In this document: one piece after another, positions 12,996 to 27,340 of the stretch
How positions within the stretch are numbered: position 1 is the first letter of the stretch
How the letters are laid out: each line of letters opens with the position of its first letter
Source of the DNA: Mobula hypostoma
Taxonomy: Eukaryota
Direction of reading: 5' to 3'
Assembly: GCF_963921235.1 (NCBI RefSeq)
Contig: NC_086097.1
Span: 128,032,001 to 128,096,000, forward strand
DNA: 64,000 bases
Notes under the pieces: generated by a model
Database searches by the model: none
What the model saw: the letters and a program-made list of their open reading frames with translations, nothing else
Told to the model about the DNA's origin: nothing
Position numbers and translations under genes: made by a program

Positions 12996-13064
12996 AGAAC
13001 AAATATATTCATTTTTGTTTATCTTTTATGCATTTGCCACAGTTTTTATTCTAGTCACATAACG

Positions 13065-14020
13065 TGAAATGGGGACACCTCTTTTTCCCTTATTAGGGAG
13101 AGAGAGAGAGGGAGAGTCTGTGGTATGTCAAATTACCGGGTGAATGTGTAGTCTTTGGGGTACTGCAAGTCTGTGTCTTTATTGATGCTTTGCTGCATGT
13201 TTGGGTGTTCGATGGTATTGGCGTGAGTTTGGGGTAGATGATTCATTTACACTGAAATGACTCTGGCCACCAGTCTTCTATTTGACAAAGTACTGTGGAT
13301 GAGTTCACAACAATGCATTTCCTAAAAGCTGTGAATATCGGGATACCAGCCAGACACTGTGGATGGAAGTGTGAAGTTTACAGGTAGTTTCAAAGGCAGT
13401 ATTAGCTATACTTCATAGGTATGAATTGCCTTCTATGTTAGCACGTAAAATGCCAAATAAATGTATTGTGGATTTAACTTGCATTCCTAAAGGCTGTGGA
13501 TACCAACCCAGACATGTTGGCGTCGGAAGGAAAGGATGAAGTCAGAAGGTGTGATGTTTTGTATCTAGCTTCAAAAGGAAGCATTGTATATGCATTGTCT
13601 ATAACTTTTTAAGTAGCGATTGCCTTTGTGTTTAGCATATAAATATTGAGCCCACATTGGGCTAGCGGACCTTTCTACCGAAAGCGTCTCTGTCCGTATG
13701 ATGCCTGCTGTACCTTGTTGTGTCGAATAAACAAGCTGCTTTGTATCTACCAGTAACTCTGTCTCTCTGGTGATTTCATCCATGCTACAACAGATAGGGG
13801 GTGCAGATGCTTTTTGCTGGTGGGGGAGGGGGGGGTTCATTGCCTTGCTGCTGTTTATGCGTTGGAGGGGGGAGCTGGGAGAGGCTTTGGGGTTCTAGCA
13901 TTTAACTGTCATTCATTCTTTGGTGCACTTCTCTGTTTTTGTGGATGATTGTGAAGAAAAAGAAATTCAGGATGTATACTGTATACATTTCATTGATATT
14001 AAATGCACCTATTGAAACCT
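13065..14020 (+). mobile_element. Non-autonomous SINE-like repeat, split by a solo LTR
   Basis: Tail ttcaggatgtatactgtatacattt..tgatattaaatg is shared with copies at about 23320-23385, 27600-27650 and 38835-38885. Confidence 0.55.
13216..13792 (+). mobile_element. Solo LTR
   Basis: TA(TG)...CAACA termini, near-TSD GATGG/GATAG, TATA (catataaata) and AATAAA. Its 3' half is homologous to 33325-33804. Confidence 0.7.
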
Positions 14021-14554
14021 AACTGTAAGAGGATGTTGGAATGGAAAATAGCATTACCAATTATTTAAGATCAGGGAAGGACATATCAATAACTGAAGCC
14101 AATCCAAACCTCACAAACACTATCAAATGCTGAAACAGAACACTGCTCAGGCAGGATAACAATGAGGAGCAGAGCAGGTATTTCAGGTTGATGCCTCCCT
14201 AAATTTTAATTTCTGATTTTTTTGTGAATATCACTTATATGGCGCTCTGTGCCTGTGACGCAAGTCAGTTTTTCATTGCATCTGTGCATTCATGTGCTTG
14301 CGTATATGACAATGACTTTCACTTTGGAACTTTGACCAAAACTGGGAGGTTGGACAAACCTGGATTTTTTTCTCTGGAATGCCGGAGATGTAAGGCAAAG
14401 ATAGGAGAAACAAACTAGTGTAGATAGACAGAAGTTGTTGGGAAATTGACATAGCTTGCTTGATACTGGACTGTAATGAAATTAGTTTAGTTGGTTAGTA
14501 TCACAGTTTGCACACCAAAGTGATGAAAACCTAAGTTAGAGAAAGTTACCAGAT

Positions 14555-14865
14555 AGAAGCGTATAAAATTATGAGAGGTATAGATAGGCTAGAGGGGCTG
14601 AGTCATTTTCCCAGGGAGAAAATATCAAATACTAGAGAAGATAGCTATACGGTGAAAGGGGAAAGTTTGAAGGGAATTTGTGATGCAGGTTAGGTGGCTA
14701 GTTTGTGCTGCTGGGGATGGTGGTGGAAGTAGGTGTGAAAACAACCTTTGAGAGGCATTTAGACGGACACGTGAACAGGCAGGATATGGAAGGATACAGG
14801 CAGTATAGATTAAATTGGCATCATGGTTGGCAGAGTAGGGCTGTATATTCTTCCATGATCTCACT
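14555..14865 (+). mobile_element. CR1 LINE 3' end
   Basis: tataaaattatgagaggtatagatagg (YKIMRGIDR) and F.R.LD motifs plus 3' UTR. Confidence 0.7.
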
Positions 14866-14974
14866 GAATGACAGAGCACTTCAGAGGTGCTGAATGGCCT
14901 ACTTAAGTCCTTGAGATATGGTTGCCAAGGAGGAGGAAATTGAAGTGTTGGAGCCAATATCGAAAAGGTTTAGA

Positions 14975-15230
14975 TTAAAACAGGCCGTCTGGCCCACACT
15001 GACCATCACTCACCTTTTTTGCACTAATCCTACCCTTTCCTAATTTATCTCCCACTTTCTCATCAAGCACCCCTTAGACTTTAGCACCCACCCAGACATG
15101 ATGGACAATTGAGAACGGAAGGTTAACCTGCCAACCTGCAGAGTCTCCAAACTCCATAAAAACAGCTGCAGAGTCAGAATTGAACCGGGATTATTGCCCA
15201 GTTTCAAAGAACAGTGACAGGCAGGAAGTA
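14975..15230 (-). mobile_element. V-SINE-like SINE
   Basis: ttaacctgccaacctgc...caaactcca...gaattgaaccggg, including a reverse B-box-like motif. Confidence 0.45.
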
Positions 15231-15334
15231 TAGAAGCCTGAATTCCCATACCTCCAGGTTCAAGAACAGCTACATTTCTTCAACCAACCTCATAGCCCTA
15301 ATCACTATCTCAGTAATTCGTTACTCTGGCCGGA

Positions 15335-16195
15335 TATAACAGGCAAGATAGACAAAAGAGAGTCAGCGGACATGGTTTACTTGGATTTTCAGAAGGCCTT
15401 GGACAATTTGAGGGTGATAAACAACGTTAGCTCTCATGGTATTACAAGAAAGATACTAGCATGGACAGAAGATTGGTCAACTGGCAGGAGGCAAAGAGTG
15501 GGAATAAAGGGGGCCTTTTCTGGTGGTTGCCGGTAACTAGTGGTGTTCCACAGGGGGTGGCATTGGGAATGCTCCTTTTCATGTTATAGATCAATGATTT
15601 GGATGATGGAATTGATGGATATAAGGACAAGTTTGCAGACAATACAAAAATATGTGGAAGGGCAGGTAGTGTTGAGGAAGCAGGGAGCCTGGAGAAGGAC
15701 TTAGTCAGATTGGGATAGTGAGTAAATAAGTGGCAGATGGCATACAATGTAGGGAAGTGTAGGGTCATGGTCTTTGGTAGAAGCAATACAGGTGTAGACG
15801 ATTTTCTAAATTGGGTGCAAATTCAGAAATCAGAGGTGCGAATGGAATTGGGAGTCCTTGTGCAGGATTCCCTAAAGCTTAACTTGCATGTTGAGTTGGT
15901 GGTAAAGAAAGAAAATGCAACATTAGCATTCATTTTGAGAGGACTAGAATATAAAAGCTAGGATGAGATGCTGAGGCTTTATAAGGCAGACTATACTGGA
16001 GTACTGTGAGCAGTTTTGGGACCCAAATCTAAGAAATAATGTGCTGGATTTGGAGATGGTCCAGAGGAGGTTCGTGAAAATAATCCCGGGAATGAAAAGG
16101 TTAATGTATGAGAGCTCTGGGCCTGTACTCACTGGAGTTTAGAAGAATGAAGGAGGATCTCATTGAAACTTATCGAATGGTCTTATGGCCTCTAC
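15335..16195 (+). mobile_element. CR1 LINE RT fragment, decayed
   Basis: YLDFQKA, SGVPQG and KFADNTK motifs with stops and deletions. Confidence 0.85.
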
Positions 16196-17424
16196 AATGG
16201 TCCTTTATTGTTTTATTTGTTTCTTTCATATAAAAATTGTGCATAATTTACACCTAAAGTTTGTGAGAAAGCTGTCTATCTGATACTATGTGCCTGTGAT
16301 GCTGCTGCGAGCCAGCTTTTTATGGTACATGTACATTTACTCACTTGTGCATTTGACAATATATTTGTTGTTTAAATTCAGATGTTGGCTTTATTAATTT
16401 TTATTATATGAGAAGGCATTTTACCTTTTTTTTCTCCTTAATAAACAGCTTCGGTCTTGGTAGGGGTTAAACTCTTTTTTGTAATAAATTGGTATATTTC
16501 AATATAACTTTTGATTAACCTACATGAATACGGGGTAATGAGATTGATATTATGAATAGATATAATATAATTGGTAGTTTTTAAAAACCTTTTTTGACCT
16601 TTTATATATACTTTCTTGTACTCTGTATTTTTCTGTGTAGGAACTAATGAAAATATTGGAAAGACAATAAAACTGACTTTGACTTTGAAGTTGGAAAGCT
16701 AAATGCCATTCTTGGAGACCATTGTTGATCATCACCTGACTGCTGAGTGACATGGGGTGCTCACTCTTCAGAGCGGCAGTGTGGTAACCCATTCTGAGGG
16801 TAGATTTTGGGCGTTTACCTCAATGAACCCAAAATTGGTCCCAAAAGAAGATCCGTCTGGCTTCCCCCAATCGCAGTAACCTCAAGACTAAACTGCCGCC
16901 CTAGTGTGAAGGAAAGAGCCAAGCTGGAATATGTCGCTGGAAGTGTGCAGCTCCCAGTAGGTGGCAGGATGGGCACATGGAATCACTAAACTCACCGCCT
17001 GACACTGCAGCACCAAAAAAGCAGCAGTGCTGAAGGGTGGGGGCTGGGAAAAGAGAACCAGGGGTTTTCTTCCATGCATGTTCACCCCGCAAATCAAAGG
17101 GGACCAGTTCCCTTTGCGTTAAACAGGGGGATAATTGGACCACGTTGTCATGATTAAAAAGGACTAGCAAGAGGAGAGGAGTATAAAGCAATACAGAGTG
17201 GTTGTTTGAAGTGTTGCAATCTTCTTACAACTGTTGTTGGTCAGGAGATACAGAAGCCAAAAGTACCTCACCATCAGGTGGAAGAACAGCTACCTCCCTT
17301 CTACCATTTTGGTTCTTGAACCGACCTGGGGCGATCTTAATCACTGCATCGGTACAAAAACTCTGTGACCACATTACCTACATTGCACTTCAATGGACTG
17401 TGGATTTCATTTTGTTTTTACGCC

Positions 17425-17610
17425 TTCCAGCCCATCGAGCTGCACTGCCCAGCAATATGCTGATCTAATCCTCGCCTAATCATGGGATAGTTGACAATGC
17501 CTAATTAACCTATCAACCACTACATCCTTGGACTATCGGAGGAAACCAGAGCGCCCGGAGGAAATGCACTCAGTCACGGGGAGAACGAACAAACTCCTTA
17601 CAGACAACGG
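17425..17610 (-). mobile_element. V-SINE-like SINE core
   Basis: ggaggaaaccagagcgcccggaggaaa...gtcacggggagaacgaacaaactcc V-domain-like core. Confidence 0.65.
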
Positions 17611-18401
17611 AAGGATTGTTCATATTGAGTTCTTTCTTGTGTAATTTTTCATAATCTATGTTTTCTTGTGAGTGCTGTGTACCTGAAACTCGGTGCCTGT
17701 GGTGCTGCGACAAATAAGTTTCTCATTGGACTTGTGCACAAACATACTTATGCATGTGACAATAAACTTGACTTTGACTTTGACAAACTTGAGTGTTTAT
17801 AAAGCAATTCCTTGGGAATGGTATTACATAGAAAGTATCAACAGCATCCAGCAACTTTCAAAGCAATCAGCATGCTCAAATTTCAACAGCATCAATCTAT
17901 GTTATCCTATGGCTTGGCTGGAGTCTAACCTAACCACTCTTCCGATGCGTTTTCATTTTACAGGAACTTCACAGGGACAGCAAGTGAGCATGTGCTAACT
18001 GGTAGCTCAAGTGGAAGAAAGATCTGGGCACAAATCATTAGATGCAGACATTTAAAATGAAACCATTTTGATCACATTGTTCAAATATTTATAAATGAGT
18101 GGATTATTCAGGAGAGGCATTTAAAGTAAGAATTAGAAATAAAGATTACAAACCTTGCTATGCACATGAAAAATGTTGGCCTAGAAATTCATCACTGCCC
18201 AAGGGGCACGATAATCCACTGATGTGTAGCATGTTAACGACCCCTTTTGTCATAAATCAGCTGCTTAAAAATTCAGTAGTACCTTAGGATAAAGTGCTGG
18301 GTATGACAGAGTGAGCCTTGCAGACTGTCCTTTCCTCTCCATGCTATTCAGAAGCATGAGATAGAAATTAGCAGCTAAGTCCAGGAGCTGGGAAGGATCA
18401 T

Positions 18402-18404
<3 letters not shown>

Positions 18405-18435
<31 letters not shown>
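18405..18435. repeat. (GA)n microsatellite
   Basis: Pure GA run. Confidence 0.95.
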
Positions 18436-18437
<2 letters not shown>

Positions 18438-19679
18438 CTGGTGTACAATGCCAGATTGTCAGATCGCTGGTTGGGTGGGGGTGTGACTCGCGCCTGGAGC
18501 ATGAAAGGGGGTCATAGGTCAGAACAGAGAGTTGACCAGGAGGTCATTGAGTAAGGGCTCAGCAGTCACGGAACCAGGCCTAGGATTTTGAAGTCTAGGG
18601 AAATGGTGCCGATAGCAGGAGGGCGGATGTTAAAGAGATCAGTGTGTGAGAGGTGTTTGCAGTGTTGGGAGCTGAAGGCCAGTAACTTCATAATGTCAAA
18701 AGAAAATCAGTACTGAGAACTGAATACATATGATATGGGCAAACCAGGCAAAGACATGCATCATAAATGGTTGAAATTGGGGATGCCTGCAGGGAACTTA
18801 CAACAGGAAGTGGATGAAACAATTGTTTGGCCAATTGTTGTACTTACTGCAAATGTTTTGTCATCAACTTATCAGAAAATAGGTGGAAAGGGAGAACGGA
18901 AGGTTTATGAAAATGTTGTCTGCTTAGGAAAATAACGAGGCTGGGGTTATTTTCTTTGAAATAAGGAGTTTAAAGGGGAAAGAGGAGAAGACAAGGCTGA
19001 TTATATGGTTACTTTTGCCATTTTTTCCTTAAGTGGCATTTCTCCAGTTGTTTCCTCAAGAAGTCACAGACAGCAGGAGTTGGAAGCAGCAATACTTTTT
19101 AAAGGGACTCCAACCTGCCTTTAACTGAAACATAGCAAAGTTTTGAGAGACAATGTGATTGCTTTGAATAACGGAGGTGCAAAAGACTACAGATGCTGAA
19201 ATCTGGAGCAACAAACCAGGTGCTGAAGGGACACTCTGGGTCAGGCAACATCTGTGGGAGGAAAAGAATCATTGATGAGTCGGATTGAAGCCCTTGCAGC
19301 CTGAGTCCACTGAATTCCTACAGCAGATCATTTGTTGCTTTGTGTAATGGTTTATTTATGTTTTCAAATGGTTTTTGTGTGCCTACAATCCCTTGGGCTC
19401 CCTGGGGGGTTTTGACAATAGCAACTCACTTTCACGTGTGTGTCTTTTTCACTGGTCCGGTCTGCTCCAAGGAAGAGGCTGAGGTGGAGCGAAGGCCTCA
19501 GAGAGAGCAAGTAGCAGAAGGTGCCACACCCAGCAGAGAGCATAGCTATGATCAATGAGGCTGCATTTATCTGAGGTATGGTGCATCAAGACACCAGGGT
19601 TCCCTGCAGAGCGTAGGAGAGTTGGATCAACTTCCTGCGGCAGGAGTTACAAGCAAGTGCCTTGCTCGTCGCTGCTGAG

Positions 19680-21190
19680 TCAAGTCAGGCTGAGATTATT
19701 GTCAGATGCACAATGACTATGAGGCACAGGTACAATGCAAAACTTGTCTGCAGTTTCATCATAGGCGCATGGGCTCAGACAGCATCTCTAACAAGTTACA
19801 CATAAATTGCACAAAAGAAAAATAAGACCTTGCAAAACATGATATTAGTGTAAAAATTCACAATGAGAGACAAGTCAAAGTAGAGCAAGAGGTGGTCAAT
19901 AGTGCTCCACTGCTGAGGCAGGATTAGGTTGGATCAATAACTTGATTGTCATGGGAAAGTGCTTGTTCCTGAGCCTAGTGGGGTGGGACTTCAGGTGTCT
20001 GTATCTCCTGCATGATGCTGGCAGTGAGAAGAGAACATGGACCAGGTGGTGTGTATTCTTGATTTCGTCTTCTTGAGGCAACCCTCCTTATAGATTCTGT
20101 CATGGTGGAGGGGTGGGGGGCACTAATGTGATAGACGGACCAGGCTGCGTGCCTCTTCAGCCTCATTGGAGCTGCTGTATTAGTCTATAATGTAACCATC
20201 CAGATTACTTTCAGCAGTGCATCTGTAGAAGGTTGTTGAAGTATCATGCCAAATATCCTTCAGCTCCTAAGAAAATAGAGGCGCTAGCGGGATTTCACTG
20301 TGATTGCATCTATATGGTGAGCATGGGGCAGGTCAAGATGTTAGCGCTCAGGAAACTGAAGATGCTAACTCTCTCCAGCTCCTGAGGACCGACTTTTCCC
20401 TCTCTGAAGTCAATGATTAGTTCCCTGGTTTTGTTGATGTTAAGCGTGAGGTTGTTATTGCAGAGGCACTCACAGTAAATGTCCATTTCACTGCTGTACA
20501 CCGAGTCATCACCACCTGTGACCTGATCAATGACTGCGGTTGTCAGCAGCAAATTTGTAAGTGTTATCGGCACTATTATCAGCCACACATTGGTGAGTGT
20601 AAAGAGAGTAGACCAGGGGACCAAGTATATTCTCAATGAGCAGTAGATGTCGTTACTGACCTGTGCTTATGGGTCTGACGATGAGGAAGTGAAGGATACA
20701 ACGACAAAGGGAGGTACAGAGGCCCAAGTTTTGAAAATTGGTGATACATTTGGAGGGGAAGACTGTGCTGAACATCGAGCTATGGTTAATGAACAGCAGC
20801 TTGGTATTTGTGTTACTGTTATCCATTTGATTCAGAACTGAGTGGAAAAACAATGAAATAGCAGCTGCTGTTGACCTGTTGTGGTGATAAACAAATTGAA
20901 GTGGATTCAGGTCATTTCTCATGCTGGAGTTGATTTATGAGATAAGCTTGAAGCAGTCATTGAAGTGGATCTAATGCTACCAAACCGTAGTCATTAAGTC
21001 ACCACATACTATAGATGCCATTTGCAGCAGCTGGAAACAAATGAGAACTGAAAGATGTTCTTGAACACCATCCAGTTGGTCTGTGCGTCTTCAACACTCG
21101 GCCAGATATACCACCTAGGCTGAACGCTTTTTGTGTGTTCATCGTCTTGAAAGATGCTTTGACGTTGGCCTCAGAGACTGAGACACAGGG
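19680..21190 (-). mobile_element. Rex1/Babar-type LINE, decayed
   Basis: ORFs 20653-20922 (LNPLQFVYHHNRST...LLFINHSSMFST) and 20310-20636 (LTLNINKTRELIIDFR). Confidence 0.85.
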
Positions 21191-21772
21191 TCACCAGGAG
21201 CTGTGGGAGTCCAAAGGTGTTACGGACTCTTTGCCACTGAGACCTCCTAAGCTGCCATGGGGGGCATCAGCATCTCACTCAATCTCAAGGTCATGCTAAC
21301 CTTGTGACTAATGCTGCATCCACTCTCCCCAGAAACTGGACAGGGCTCAGGGATTCACATAGGCTAAGGGCATCATTAACTCCATCACGCAGGTGGCCAT
21401 AAGTCTTCATGGACTGCAAGATATTGAACATTGATATTGACTTGGCATAACTTGTAAGGCCGACGTTCATACTTCAGAGGTCTGCCATGCTGTGTTCATA
21501 CTGTGTGATTTATCTATTTCCCACCCTTTCTCATATGCAGCAAGCAAGAGGTTAACCACCAGGCAGAATGCCCTCTGTTCCAGGCTAGTATGCTTGACCA
21601 ACAATTCTCTTCAGGACTATCAGCTGAAATGCAGTAGAATCTGATCCCTTGCACAAACCGCACACTCACTGTGCAGGCAGCCTTGTGGAAAATCGAGGGA
21701 CTAGATCTTATGGGTCTGACCCATTGATCTGGAGGCATGAATTCAAAAGGGAAGCAGGGAAATGTACATTCA

Positions 21773-22541
21773 AGAACATAGAACATATAGAACATATAGA
21801 AAAGTACAGCACAGTACAGGCCCTTCGGTCCACAATGTTGTACCGACCCTCAAACCTTGCCTCCCATATAAGCCCCTACCTTAAATTCCTCCATATACCT
21901 GTCTAGTAGTCTCTTAAACTTCACTAGTGTATCTGCCTCCACCACTGACTCAGGCAGTGCATTCCACGCACCAACCACTCTCTGAGTAAAAAACCTTCCT
22001 CTAATATCCCCCTTGAACTTCCCACCCCTTACCTTAAAGCCATGTCCTCTAGTATTGAGCAGTGGTGCCCTGGGGAAGAGGCGCTGGCTATCCACTCTAT
22101 CTATTCCTCTTATTATCTTGTACACCTCTATCATGTCTCCTCTCATCCTCCTTCTCTCCAAAGAGTAAAGCCCTAGCTCTCTTAATCTCTGATCATAATG
22201 CATACTCTCTAAACCAGGCAGCATCCTGGTAAATCTCCTCTGTACCCTTTCCAATGCTTACGCATCCTTCATATAGTGAGGCGACCAGAACTGGACACAG
22301 TATTCCAAGTGTGGCCTAACCAGAGTTTTATAGAGCTGCATCATTACATCACAACTCTTAAACTCTATCCCTGGACTTATGAAAGCTAACACCCCATAAG
22401 CTTTCTTAACTACCCTATCCATCTGTGAGGAAACTTTCAGGGATCTGTGGACATGTACCCCCAGATCCCTCTGCTCCTCCACACTGCCAAGTATTCTGCC
22501 ATTTACTTTGTACTCTGCCTTGGAGTTTGTCCTTCCAAAGT
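21773..22541 (-). mobile_element. Relatively young CR1 LINE 3' part
   Basis: ORFs 21850-22254 and 22258-22581 are nearly intact ORF2 C-terminus; (TTCTATATG)-like tandem tail. Confidence 0.92.
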
Positions 22542-22879
22542 TTAAGTAAATTTGGAAATAGAAAGCTAATAGCTCTAACAAATGTTGTAATGACTTATTT
22601 TACTCGTTCTACATCTCTTTATCTTGAATGTATTTCTAGAACTGTTGGAGCTTGCAGTTTACAGTTTGGAGATTGATTGTGTGATCTCCCACTCTGCTGT
22701 CTCTGAGAAAATTCCAGAAGGGGAGCATAAGCCTCCTCGAGGCAAAGAAGCTCAGAGACAGGGCATGAGCTGATAATCAGCTCCATTTCTTGCTGATAAA
22801 AGCGTCGAGGAGGATTGAAACATTCAGGCAAATGTGGAGGAAAGCAGATGTTCAGTGCTGACTACCTGCCTCTTGCTGG

Positions 22880-23390
22880 CCGCTGTGACGAGCTCTCGCT
22901 GTTACCGGGTAAGCTATCTGTGTGTGACGGATCTCGGAAGGCCTCTGTGTTCCAGTGGTTGCTCTTCTCAAAGTTGTGAAGGAAGTTATCAAAATTCTGG
23001 ATTGGTCTGTGCACTGGAGTTTAAACTAGCTGTAGTTCAAACTGGTCTTTTTCAGTTCTATGTTTTTTTTTGCATTCTGTGATTTTGCCTGTTCTTTCTT
23101 GGGAATGATCTGTAATATTTTTGTGTGAGGGAGGGGGATGGGGGTTTGGGGTTTGATGCTCTGATTGTTGCTTTCCGTGTTGAGTAATCTGTTCATTTTT
23201 TTGTGTGAGGGAGGGGGTTGGGGGTTTGGGGTTTGCAAGAGTTTTTTGTGCAGGGGGGAGGGGGTTTGATGTTTTTTCTTTGAATGACTTCCATGGTTTT
23301 CTTTGTTTTGTGGCTATCTGGGGAAAACGGATCTCAGAGTTGAATGTGGCCTACATACTTCGACAATAAATGAACCATCGAACCTTTGAC
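22880..23390 (+). mobile_element. Non-autonomous repeat with internal G-rich tandem duplication
   Basis: tttttgtgtgagggaggggg..ggggtttggggtttg occurs 2-3 times; the tail resembles the 13065-14020 family. Confidence 0.5.
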
Positions 23391-24374
23391 CCAACCAGTT
23401 TACTGTTAATTCTGTACCTAGCAAAAGCAATCAGCAGTGGACAACAAAGCCAGGATTTGCCAAAGAAGTTCAGACTAAAAAATTAAAGTAAACAAAGAAA
23501 AGCACCATTGGAAAGATGCCAGCCATCCATTTATATGCGATCAGGTGGAAGAAAAGCTTCTGATAAGTGAGAGAGTATCTAAGGAAGAGAAGGAAAGCCA
23601 AGATTGAGAGTTGATTCTGGCACTGCAGGCATGTGCAGAGTACAATATAAAGGCTGGAATCTCCTTCCTGTCCCTGTCGGCTTCTCTGAGTAATTAGCAA
23701 TACCACACTGTCCAGCTCTGACCAGTAGGTCAACCAAGTTAGAGGGACCTGCATAGTGGGTTCAATTATCCGTTCTCACGTGTCAGAGCTTTGTAGTGGA
23801 TTTCATTTTATTTGTTGCCCATGTCAAAACTCAGGAAGGATCTTGAGTTTGAAGTTGTACCCTCAACAGGAATGAAACTTAAAGCATAAGGATAGAAATA
23901 AGTCACTCAGTCCTGCTGTCTGTCAATTTATTTATCTGCCTTGATTACATGAAGGGGATGTGGGGTGAACTGGTGATTTAGTGCATCCAAATTTGACATC
24001 ACACTTCCATCAGCCATGCCAATTAACAAGAGGACCTTTTATGGGAAGATTGTAGTCAACTTCTGTCTCACTAGAGGGGTAACACTCTCCTAATATTCCT
24101 AGAATCACTGGATATATTGGAATTCAGCACAGTCTGGCATAAATGTGCATCCTATCATAACACAGTTGAGATATACACATGGGATTAAGTATCACACAGG
24201 TGCTTGAAAATATTTACAATTTGTTTGAAACTCTATACAATTTTTGGCATTGAACAACTTCTACATTCTCCTTATAACTTTATATTTCCAGGACCAGAAA
24301 GGCTGTTTAACATTAATTATAATACAGGATTTATGCTTAAAAGCACAAGATTTTCCCGCAATCTACTGAACCTC

Positions 24375-24605
24375 ATGGAGAAATCCAGGAGGAATTTCTT
24401 TAGCCAGAGTTTGGTGAATCTGTGGAATTCATTGTGAAGGCCAAATCATTGGGTATTTTAAAGCAGAGCTTGATAAATTTTTGGTTAGTCAGGGCATGAA
24501 GGGATATGGGAAGAAAGCAGGAGATTGAGGCTGAGAGGGAAAATGGATCAGCCATGATAAAATAGCACAGCCAGTCTCGTTGGGCCAAATGGTCTAATTG
24601 TACTT
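24375..24605 (+). mobile_element. CR1 LINE 3' end
   Basis: RRNFFSQSLVNLWNSL followed by the 3' UTR. Confidence 0.8.
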
Positions 24606-26334
24606 ATTTAATATTTTCTACAGCAAGAATAATTTGTGAACACATTTAACTCAGGTCTGGTCACAGAATGAGTTATTCCAACTAGTCATCTACATAGCCT
24701 AAGAACTTGAATGACTTATAAAGTCCCAGTCAATGCCCTAAACAAATCTGACACTCATTGTGACTCTCCTCTTGCCTTCTTCTCATCCGCAGCACCTAGA
24801 ACGAGGCAAGACCCTATGGAAACCTATAACCTATTGTATGTTACAGAAGGGAATGACACAGTCTGGATTTACCATGAGGTTCAGAAGATTGTGGTAACAT
24901 AAATAATCACTCTTGGTCCATGGCTTTGAACATTTTTAATTTATTGGCCCAGCTGTAATAATGACAAGTGAACACTTGCTGCCATTACACAATGGAAGTA
25001 GCTGTGATTTCTGCAGTCTATACATTCCCACTTCAGTTTAGTGACCCTGGAGTTATCATGAGGGATCTTCAAACAGAGTTGTCAGTGTGGAGTTGACATT
25101 TTGCTGCTCCACTGTCTTTCCACACTCTAAGAATATTGGTTGGCAGGTTTATTGTCTATTCTAAATTCTAGTCTAGTAAGGAAGCAAGGGGGCAGCTGAT
25201 GGGCATGTGAGGAGATGAAATCAGATCAGTGTAGGATTTATGTAGATGGGTAGTTGGTGGTTGGTGTGGTCTTAGTGGGATGGAGGACCTGTTTCTGTGC
25301 GGGATGAGTCAATAGCATCCTTCCATCATCTTATCCCCTCCCTGAAACACTTCTATAAGTCATGTGCACTTGCTACCATCTGTGCTCAGCCATTAAACCA
25401 ACACCTTCCACATGGTTACAGAGCTGCAGACAAGCCCAAAGCTGCTGATAAGTTCCTTATGACAACATGGGGATGGGGGGGGGGGCGGGCGGGGGGGGTT
25501 TGCAATAACACAGTGACAGCCACGTGAGGCGAAACTGATCGCTCCTGACAATAGAGTCTGCTTTGCATTAGGGCCAACCAGCATGTTCTTATGGGGAGGT
25601 GGGGTGGGGCAGAGGACAAATGGTCCTTAAACCATCTCAGTGTATATCAGACCATAAGGCCGTTTGGCCTATCAAGTCTGCTCCGTCATTCCTTCATGAC
25701 TGATTAATTATCCCCCTCAACCCCATTCTCCTGCTTTTTTCCCCGTAACCTTTGACAGCCTTACTAATCAAGAACCTATCACCTCATGCTTTAAATATTG
25801 CCCAATTGCTTGGCCTCCACAGCCACCCTCAGCAATGAACAGCACAGATTCACTGCTCTCGGGCTGAAGAAATTCCTCCTTATCTCTGTTCTCATGGGAT
25901 GTCCTTCTATTCTGTGGCTGTGCCCACTGGTCCTAAACTCCCCTATTATAGGGAACATCCTCTTCATATTCACTCTTTCTAGGTCTTTCAATGTTCAGTG
26001 AGACTCCCCCCTCATTCTCTTAAACTCCAGCACGTACAGGCCCAGAACCATCAAATTTTCCTCTTACATTAATGCTTTCATTCCCAGGATCATTCTCACG
26101 AACCTCCTCTGAACCCTCTCCAATTCCAACACATCCTTTCCTAGACAAGCAACCTAAAATTTCTCACCATATTCCAAATGCGAACTGAACAATGCTTCAT
26201 AAAGCCTCAGCATTACATCCTTGCTTTTATACTCAGACCCTTCCAAAATGAATGAGAACATTGCATTTGCTTTCCTGACCACCGATTCAACCTGCATATT
26301 AACCTTTAGCGAATCCTGCACAAGAACTCCCAAG

Positions 26335-27246
26335 AAACACACCCAAAATGCTGGAGGAACTCAAAAGGTCAGACAGCATCTATGGAAATGAATAAACAGG
26401 CAATGTTTCAGGCTGACACCCTTCATCAGGATTGGAACAGAAGGGGGGAGATGCCAGAATAAAGATGTGGGGAGAGGGGAAAGAAGATACTTAGAAGGTG
26501 ATAGGTGAAGCCAGGTGGGTAGGAAAGGTAAAGGTCTGAAGAGGAAGGAATCTGATAGCAAAGGAGAGTGGACCATAGGAGAAAGAGAGAGAGGAAGGGA
26601 GCCGGGGGAGGTGATAGGCAGGTGAGAAGAGGTAAGAGGTCAGAGTGGGGGATAGAAGAAGAGGAGGAAAAGGAGGGAAAAAAATTACCAGAAGGAAAAA
26701 TTGATACCCATGCCATCAGTTTGGAGGTTACCCAAATGGAATATAAGGTTTTGGTCCGCCACCCCGAAGGTGGCCTCATTGTGGCCAAGGGGAAGCCATG
26801 GACGAACATGTCGGAATATGAATGGGAATGGGAATTAAAATATTTGGCCATGGGGAAGTCCTGCTTTTGGTAGATGGAGCAGAGGTGCTCAACAAAGATG
26901 ACCCCAATTTACGAAGGTCTCACCAATGTAGAGCAGGCTGCAACTGAGGCACTGGACACAATAGACAACCCTTATCAGATTCGCAGGTGAAGCACCTCAT
27001 GTGGAAGGACTGCTTGGGGCTGTGAATGGAGGTAAGAGAGCAGGTGAATGAGCAGGTGTAGCACTTTGGCCACTTGCAGGGATAAGTACTGGGAGGGACG
27101 AATGGACAAGGAAATCATGGAGAGAGAAATCCCTGCAGAAAGCAGAGGGGGAGGTAAAGATATGTTTGGTGGTAGGATCCTTTTGGAGATGGTGGAAGTT
27201 GCAGAGAGTGATGTGTTGGATGAGGAGATTCTTGGGGCGGTAGATA
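26335..27246 (-). mobile_element. Penelope-like element 3' fragment (decayed GIY-YIG region plus pLTR)
   Basis: AKYFNSHSHSYSDM and LQKDPTTKHIF motifs; pLTR with CTGATGA...GAAA; homologous to 59036-60294. Confidence 0.85.
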
Positions 27247-27340
27247 AAGTCCCTTCGCACCTCTGATTTCTGAATTTTCACCCCGTTTAGAAACTAGACT
27301 ACCTGTTTATTCCCATTATTAAAATGTATGACCATACACT

